A stretch of DNA of 20,000 nt from an uncultured virus (IMG/VR IMGVR_UViG_3300006752_000023) (taxonomy: Duplodnaviria; Heunggongvirae; Uroviricota; Caudoviricetes): IMG/VR virus record IMGVR_UViG_3300006752_000023. One strand, written 5' to 3'. Shown here one piece after another: positions 16,107 to 20,000 of this stretch. A program made the position numbers and the translations under genes. The notes under the pieces are model-generated. The model did not search any database. It saw only the letters and a list, made by a program, of their open reading frames with translations, and was not told where the DNA came from. Within the stretch, counting starts at the first letter, position 1. Every line of letters starts with the position of its first letter.

Positions 16107-17767
16107 TAATTGTAATCCCACATATATGACATATCTCCATATGTGGATGACATTTCTTTATCTACAGTCCATCTATCACCACCTTCCACAAATGTTTCAT
16201 CGTCTAATCCGTCGCTAATAAATCCAAAAGGTGCCATGTCTTGTTCGATTTGATCTTTCTGATCTTCATAGATTCTTTTACGAACATCATTGTCCGTCAT
16301 CTCTCTAAAATAATCTTGAGCAACTAACCATGCAAAGATAACTAGACACATAGCTAAATCATCATGGCATCCATCCTCTGCCTCCCATGATTGTTTCTTC
16401 TGAATAAATGTTGTCAGTTCAGCAATAATATCATAATCACTGGTTACTAGTTTATCTTCCTCTACCAATGCCTTTAGATTTGAGCAACCAGTCTTCTTTA
16501 CAGCAGCGGTCATTCGGACACCCATCTGGGTTTTCTTACCACTAAAACCTGTACCTACTTGCTGACCTGCTCTACCTCTCATAGAGCACATCAGCATATT
16601 CTCATATTCTAGATCGTATTGTAAAATTGACGCAACCTGCTCTCCAATATCGTTAACCTCAACCAATACATAGGCATTGTTATACGCCTTTGCCATATCC
16701 AAAATAATATTTGGGAATAGCATAGGTTTGATTTCATTGTTCTTATATCTCGCTACAGTTTTATATGGGAACTCTGAAATATCAAAAATTACAAATGCAG
16801 AATAGTCATGATCAATGCCACGCGCAGTGTCAACAGTTACGATATAGTCACGGTCTTTCTTTGGTTCTTCATATACCACGAGGCCCTTTCCATTGTTCTG
16901 TATTGGGTCATCAAAAACAAGATTTCTTAACTTAGCAACACTAATGAGAGTATCAACAGATCCAAGGAATTCGCATTCAAACTCAACTTTAAATTGCTGC
17001 TCTGAAGTATTAGCAATAGTCTGTGCTTTCCATGCAGAATCTCTACCAGGTACTTCTGACCAGTGAACTTCTGTTGCAGTATATTCGTTTTTACCTCGTT
17101 GTGCGTTATGCCAATATCTATAGAAATGGTTCATGCCGTGAGGCGTTGAAACCATAATTACCTTTGTGCTTTTACCAGAAGTAATAGTAGGATAAACAGA
17201 GGCAAAGAACGACTCTGCAATATGGTTTGGAACGAACGCAAACTCATCGAGGAAGATGATGTTAAACGACATACCTCGGACAGCACTTGCAGATGTAGAT
17301 GCTGCCAATATCTTACTGCCATTCTCTAGCTCCATACTACCTTTGTTCCAGGATAGAATACCCTGTTGCATCCACTTTGGCAAGTTCTCGTATGCAGTTT
17401 GTAACCTACTAAGAAGTTCTCTTGCTGTTGCTGCTTTGTTTGCTAGAATGCCAACATTGACACTATCGTTAAAAACAATGTAATGTAGAAGATAAGATAC
17501 GCAAGTTGTAGACTTACCAGTCTGTCTTGGCATCTTACAGATATTAAATCTATTCTCGTGAAAATTTTGAATTAGTTTCTCTTGAAAGGGCCACATTTTA
17601 AATGGCACCAAACCTTCATCAAGAGAAACAATTTTTACATAGTTCTTAGTAAAATATATTGGATCGTCTTTGCATCTCAACCACTCAAGAACTTGCTTCT
17701 GAGTAAATTGAATAGGAGTATTAGCTTTCTTTAGATTAGGATTACCAAGATAGATATCTTCAGCCAT
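16106..17767 (-). CDS. g17: Terminase large subunit gp17
   Basis: YLGNPNLK, Walker A PRQTGKST, Walker B IIFLDEFAF, nuclease motifs VDTARG and HDDLAM. Confidence 0.98.
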   Translation of the reverse strand: MAEDIYLGNPNLKKANTPIQFTQKQVLEWLRCKDDPIYFTKNYVKIVSLDEGLVPFKMWPFQEKLIQNFHENRFNICKMPRQTGKSTTCVSYLLHYIVFNDSVNVGILANKAATARELLSRLQTAYENLPKWMQQGILSWNKGSMELENGSKILAASTSASAVRGMSFNIIFLDEFAFVPNHIAESFFASVYPTITSGKSTKVIMVSTPHGMNHFYRYWHNAQRGKNEYTATEVHWSEVPGRDSAWKAQTIANTSEQQFKVEFECEFLGSVDTLISVAKLRNLVFDDPIQNNGKGLVVYEEPKKDRDYIVTVDTARGIDHDYSAFVIFDISEFPYKTVARYKNNEIKPMLFPNIILDMAKAYNNAYVLVEVNDIGEQVASILQYDLEYENMLMCSMRGRAGQQVGTGFSGKKTQMGVRMTAAVKKTGCSNLKALVEEDKLVTSDYDIIAELTTFIQKKQSWEAEDGCHDDLAMCLVIFAWLVAQDYFREMTDNDVRKRIYEDQKDQIEQDMAPFGFISDGLDDETFVEGGDRWTVDKEMSSTYGDMSYMWDYN

Positions 17768-17898
17768 TATTCCTTAGATGCTATATTTAATATGTATGCA
17801 ATATATCCTAGTGCTAATGCTGCAGCAAGAAATGTCAGAATAATTACCGACCATACGGGATCACTTGGGTGGTCTAGTGGACGCAGTAGTAAATTCAT
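17767..17898 (-). CDS. Small single-TM membrane protein (43 aa); missed by the ORF track
   Basis: MNLLLRPLDHPSDPVWSVIILTFLAAALALGYIAYILNIASKE; its stop is TAATG-coupled to the g17 start. Confidence 0.75.
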   Translation of the reverse strand: MNLLLRPLDHPSDPVWSVIILTFLAAALALGYIAYILNIASKE

Positions 17899-18085
17899 TT
17901 TTTTTCTTCCAAAGTTCTAAAAAGTAACGATCAACTTTATACAAATCACCTTGAGGTGGTTGATCTTCAATTTGAGACCATTCATTACATAATGATCTCA
18001 TTTCCAAAGTAATGTGATCTGGACGAAACATTCTACCAAAGGAAGACATGGCAAACGCATACCGCATTCTAATGCGCTGTTCCAT
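17861..18085 (-). CDS. Hypothetical protein (start probably MEQRIRMRYAF, ~74 aa)
   Basis: The 5' part of track ORF 17861-18187 overlaps the ndhP-like gene in another frame, so the true start is probably internal. Confidence 0.65.
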   Translation of the reverse strand: MEQRIRMRYAFAMSSFGRMFRPDHITLEMRSLCNEWSQIEDQPPQGDLYKVDRYFLELWKKKNEFTTASTRPPK

Positions 18086-18200
18086 TTCCTGAGTAGGCGT
18101 CGGTTTCATAATAGTTATTTTCACCTTTTCTGTACCCGAAATATGCGGTGGCACATATGAATGGTAGTGATCCGAAAAGTAGGACATGTGCTAAAGTCAT
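18069..18200 (-). CDS. ndhP: NdhP-like small subunit of cyanobacterial NDH-1L (43 aa); missed by the ORF track
   Basis: MTLAHVLLFGSLPFICATAYFGYRKGENNYYETDAYSGNGTAH: one TM helix plus a tail matching NdhP FG.R.G.(F/Y)Y(D/E)TD.Y.GNG(S/T)AH; TAATG-coupled to the upstream ORF. Confidence 0.85.
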   Translation of the reverse strand: MTLAHVLLFGSLPFICATAYFGYRKGENNYYETDAYSGNGTAH

Positions 18201-18382
18201 TAAATTTTTTCCTCGTAGATTTTAATTAACTTTATTGTCTGTTTTCTATCGCTACCACAAGGAGCATTCTTAAGACACATAAGAATTAATTCATCATCAC
18301 TAATAGTGGGTTTAATAGTAAACCCCCACTTATCAACTTCACCTTCTACAGGTGCTTCGCATGGATCAAACTCGTGTGGCAT
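18200..18382 (-). CDS. Hypothetical protein (60 aa, start refined to MPHEFDPC)
   Basis: DKWGFTIKP motif; overlaps the end of the gnd-like ORF and is coupled to ndhP. Confidence 0.7.
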   Translation of the reverse strand: MPHEFDPCEAPVEGEVDKWGFTIKPTISDDELILMCLKNAPCGSDRKQTIKLIKIYEEKI

Positions 18383-18842
18383 TACCTGGTGATAGCGATT
18401 GGAAAATTTTAGAACATACATTTACAGCATGGGGTGCTCCATATACTCCAGAGAAGATGTATGAGATACCTAACTTACTACAATACTTTTGAAGTTCCTG
18501 ACATTTTGAAATGTCATTGGTGCTGTAATCAATAACAATATCACCCTCCTCAAGTAATGGCAGCAACTCATCTAGGGTGTCTTCTGCTTTTTGTTCTGGA
18601 CATGTCATCTGAAAAATACCAGGAATCCTACCAGCACTAGTAAACTTCTTACTATCAGATTTAACTGCTTGAACAAGATACTCGATTGAAGTTACACACC
18701 CACTGATATGTCCTGCTTCATATTGTCCACAGGCATTTTCATAGTTGGTGCTACTGTAACCCCAAACTTCGATTCCTTTTTCAAGCATACGGCGAGCCAT
18801 ACCTTCACCAGTACGACCTAAACCAATCATTCCTACTTTCAT
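18366..18842 (-). CDS. Truncated, divergent 6-phosphogluconate dehydrogenase-like NAD(P)-binding domain (158 aa)
   Basis: Start refined to MKVGMIGLGRTGEGMARRM (Rossmann GxGxxG); EDTLDELLPLLEEGDIVID matches Gnd; there is no C-terminal helical or catalytic domain. Confidence 0.85.
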   Translation of the reverse strand: MKVGMIGLGRTGEGMARRMLEKGIEVWGYSSTNYENACGQYEAGHISGCVTSIEYLVQAVKSDSKKFTSAGRIPGIFQMTCPEQKAEDTLDELLPLLEEGDIVIDYSTNDISKCQELQKYCSKLGISYIFSGVYGAPHAVNVCSKIFQSLSPGNATRV

Positions 18843-18852
18843 AATTTTTAAC

Positions 18853-19008
18853 TCAACTTGATACTGTTGCTGTGCGAGACTCTGATAGTTTTTCAACAAT
18901 CACACCCAACTCATTATAGACTCTATCGCCAACTGTGTATTGACGTTGACGTTTTTTAACACATGCTATGATTGTATCATAGTCATTTTCGGTAAAATCT
19001 GGGGTCAT
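18853..19008 (-). CDS. Small hypothetical protein (51 aa); missed by the ORF track
   Basis: MTPDFTENDYDTIIACVKKRQRQYTVGDRVYNELGVIVEKLSESRTATVSS, with an AAGGA RBS; fills the gap between petE and the gnd-like ORF. Confidence 0.65.
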   Translation of the reverse strand: MTPDFTENDYDTIIACVKKRQRQYTVGDRVYNELGVIVEKLSESRTATVSS

Positions 19009-19043
19009 AATTCCTTTTTTAGAAGTCATTCATTTATATAGAA

Positions 19044-19367
19044 TCATTCTACATGGACGATTCCAGTCATACCTGCACCCTGATGAGGACCACAGAAGAA
19101 GTTATAATCACCTACATCAGCAAATACAACATCCTGTGATTCTCCTGGAGCAAACAACAGTGCTTCTCTAGAAAGATCGGGACGTGCCTCAACAATAATA
19201 TTGTGAGGAGGTAGTGCCTGATTGATAAAATGTACAGTGTCACCTGCAGAGATTGTAATCTCGTTAGGTTCAAATACTAAGTTGCCACCAGCACCCATTT
19301 GTACATCCACTGCCCATGCTGGAAGGGCAAAAATCATAGTAATAAAAATTGCAAAAAGAAACTTCAT
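19044..19367 (-). CDS. petE: Plastocyanin (auxiliary metabolic gene)
   Basis: Signal peptide ending AWA; type-1 Cu ligands in PPHN and C-G-P-H-Q-G-A-G-M. Confidence 0.96.
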   Translation of the reverse strand: MKFLFAIFITMIFALPAWAVDVQMGAGGNLVFEPNEITISAGDTVHFINQALPPHNIIVEARPDLSREALLFAPGESQDVVFADVGDYNFFCGPHQGAGMTGIVHVE

Positions 19368-19387
19368 TCGGTTGATAGTAACTAAGA

Positions 19388-19425
19388 CTATTTACCTAAT
19401 GAAGTTTCTATTTAACTAATATTTA
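19388..19425 (-). promoter_or_regulatory. Tandem late-promoter cores upstream of petE
   Basis: TAAATA three times (19389-94, 19409-14, 19420-25), two of them within a 13-mer direct repeat with one mismatch. Confidence 0.45.
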
Positions 19426-19435
19426 AGAGTCTGTG

Positions 19436-19741
19436 TCAGGGATTCATCATGCCATTTATATCGTTCATAGAATCTGTTTTTCCTTTCAATATACCATCAA
19501 TATATCCTCTTCTATATTCCCAAGTCTGCCCACCAATTTCTCCTCTCTTAGGATTGATGCACTTTGTGTAGTCGGGATTTTCTTTATTAATATTATTGCA
19601 GACTAGACCAGCAAGGTCCATCTCATTACCTTTGTTTCCAGTGCCAGTCCACATATGCTGTCCGTTAAGCCAAACGGCACCGCACTTAGCACATTCTTTT
19701 CTTTCCATAGAAAAGTTTGACACTTCTTTGGGATCAGTCAT
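19436..19741 (-). CDS. Conserved Cys-rich hypothetical protein (cyanophage/cyanobacterial type)
   Basis: ERKECAKCGAVWLNGQHMW...DLAGLVCN...CINP; four Cys suggest metal binding. Confidence 0.8.
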   Translation of the reverse strand: MTDPKEVSNFSMERKECAKCGAVWLNGQHMWTGTGNKGNEMDLAGLVCNNINKENPDYTKCINPKRGEIGGQTWEYRRGYIDGILKGKTDSMNDINGMMNP

Positions 19742-19773
19742 AAAATGCAGTATCCTACTGTAACGATTTTACC

Positions 19774-19806
19774 TATTTATTGTAACATACTGATGTAATT
19801 TGTCAA
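19774..19806 (-). promoter_or_regulatory. Composite sigma70 + late promoter
   Basis: TTGACA (19806-19801), 16 nt, TACAAT with a TG extension, overlapping ATAAATA (19780-19774). Confidence 0.65.
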
Positions 19807-20000
19807 TCAGCAATTCCACTTCCTTAATGACTTCGACAGACGGTCATCACCTGTGTTATTAGAAGGTTTCTGTCTCTTTCTCATGCCTTTCATTCTAGCG
19901 CAGAAGGATGCCCTCCTGGGATTTCCAACCTTTGTGCTTGGTGCTTTGAGGTCAGATCCTGGATTTTCCTTTTCATAAGACTTTCGTCCTTTTTCGTTAA
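19807..20000 (-). CDS. C-terminus of a basic cyanophage protein (DUF6321-like), 5' end outside the window
   Basis: ...NEKGRKSYEKENPGSDLKAP...RRASFCARMKGM...RLSKSLRKWNC*; family name from recall. Confidence 0.75.
   Translation of the reverse strand, partial: NEKGRKSYEKENPGSDLKAPSTKVGNPRRASFCARMKGMRKRQKPSNNTGDDRLSKSLRKWNC

Noticed and set aside
16106..17767. Intein or intron in g17 or other core genes
   Set aside because: Lengths are normal, reading frames are continuous and no splicing motifs are seen.
18086..18187. N-terminal extension of track ORF 17861-18187
   Set aside because: It overlaps the much better supported ndhP-like frame; an internal start is more plausible.
18200..18365. Possible frameshifted continuation of gnd
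   Set aside because: I found no Gnd C-terminal motifs (e.g. GAGHFVKMVHNGIEY) downstream, and the region encodes an unrelated ORF.
19760..19772. Possible NtcA site GTA-N-TAC upstream of the island
   Set aside because: The spacer is 7 nt, not the required 8.

Overview
This is a core segment of a T4-like marine cyanomyophage (Kyanoviridae-type) genome, with every supported gene on the minus strand. In transcription order (right to left) it starts with an accessory island upstream of the terminase. The island holds a partial DUF6321-like ORF, a Cys-rich hypothetical, plastocyanin petE, a degenerate stand-alone 6PGDH NAD(P)-binding domain, a 43-aa NdhP-like gene missed by the ORF track, and other small ORFs. 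Next come g17 terminase, a Zn-finger ORF, g18 sheath, g19 tube, g20 portal, two small ORFs, g21 protease, g22 scaffold and g23 capsid. Two terminator-bounded cassettes follow, then g3, uvsY, uvsW, a hypothetical, g55 late sigma, a hypothetical, g47, a DUF3110-like ORF and a partial g46. Late promoters (nTAAATA) and host-sigma70-type promoters are readable directly. The most unusual signals are: (1) a possible ~45-nt promoter-to-terminator RNA nearly complementary to the cyanobacterial Yfr1 sRNA motif; (2) a near-consensus antisense sigma70 promoter back-to-back with the g55 promoter; (3) the petE / ndhP / truncated-gnd redox cluster translationally coupled into g17. Family assignments are from recall of protein motifs; no database searches were run.
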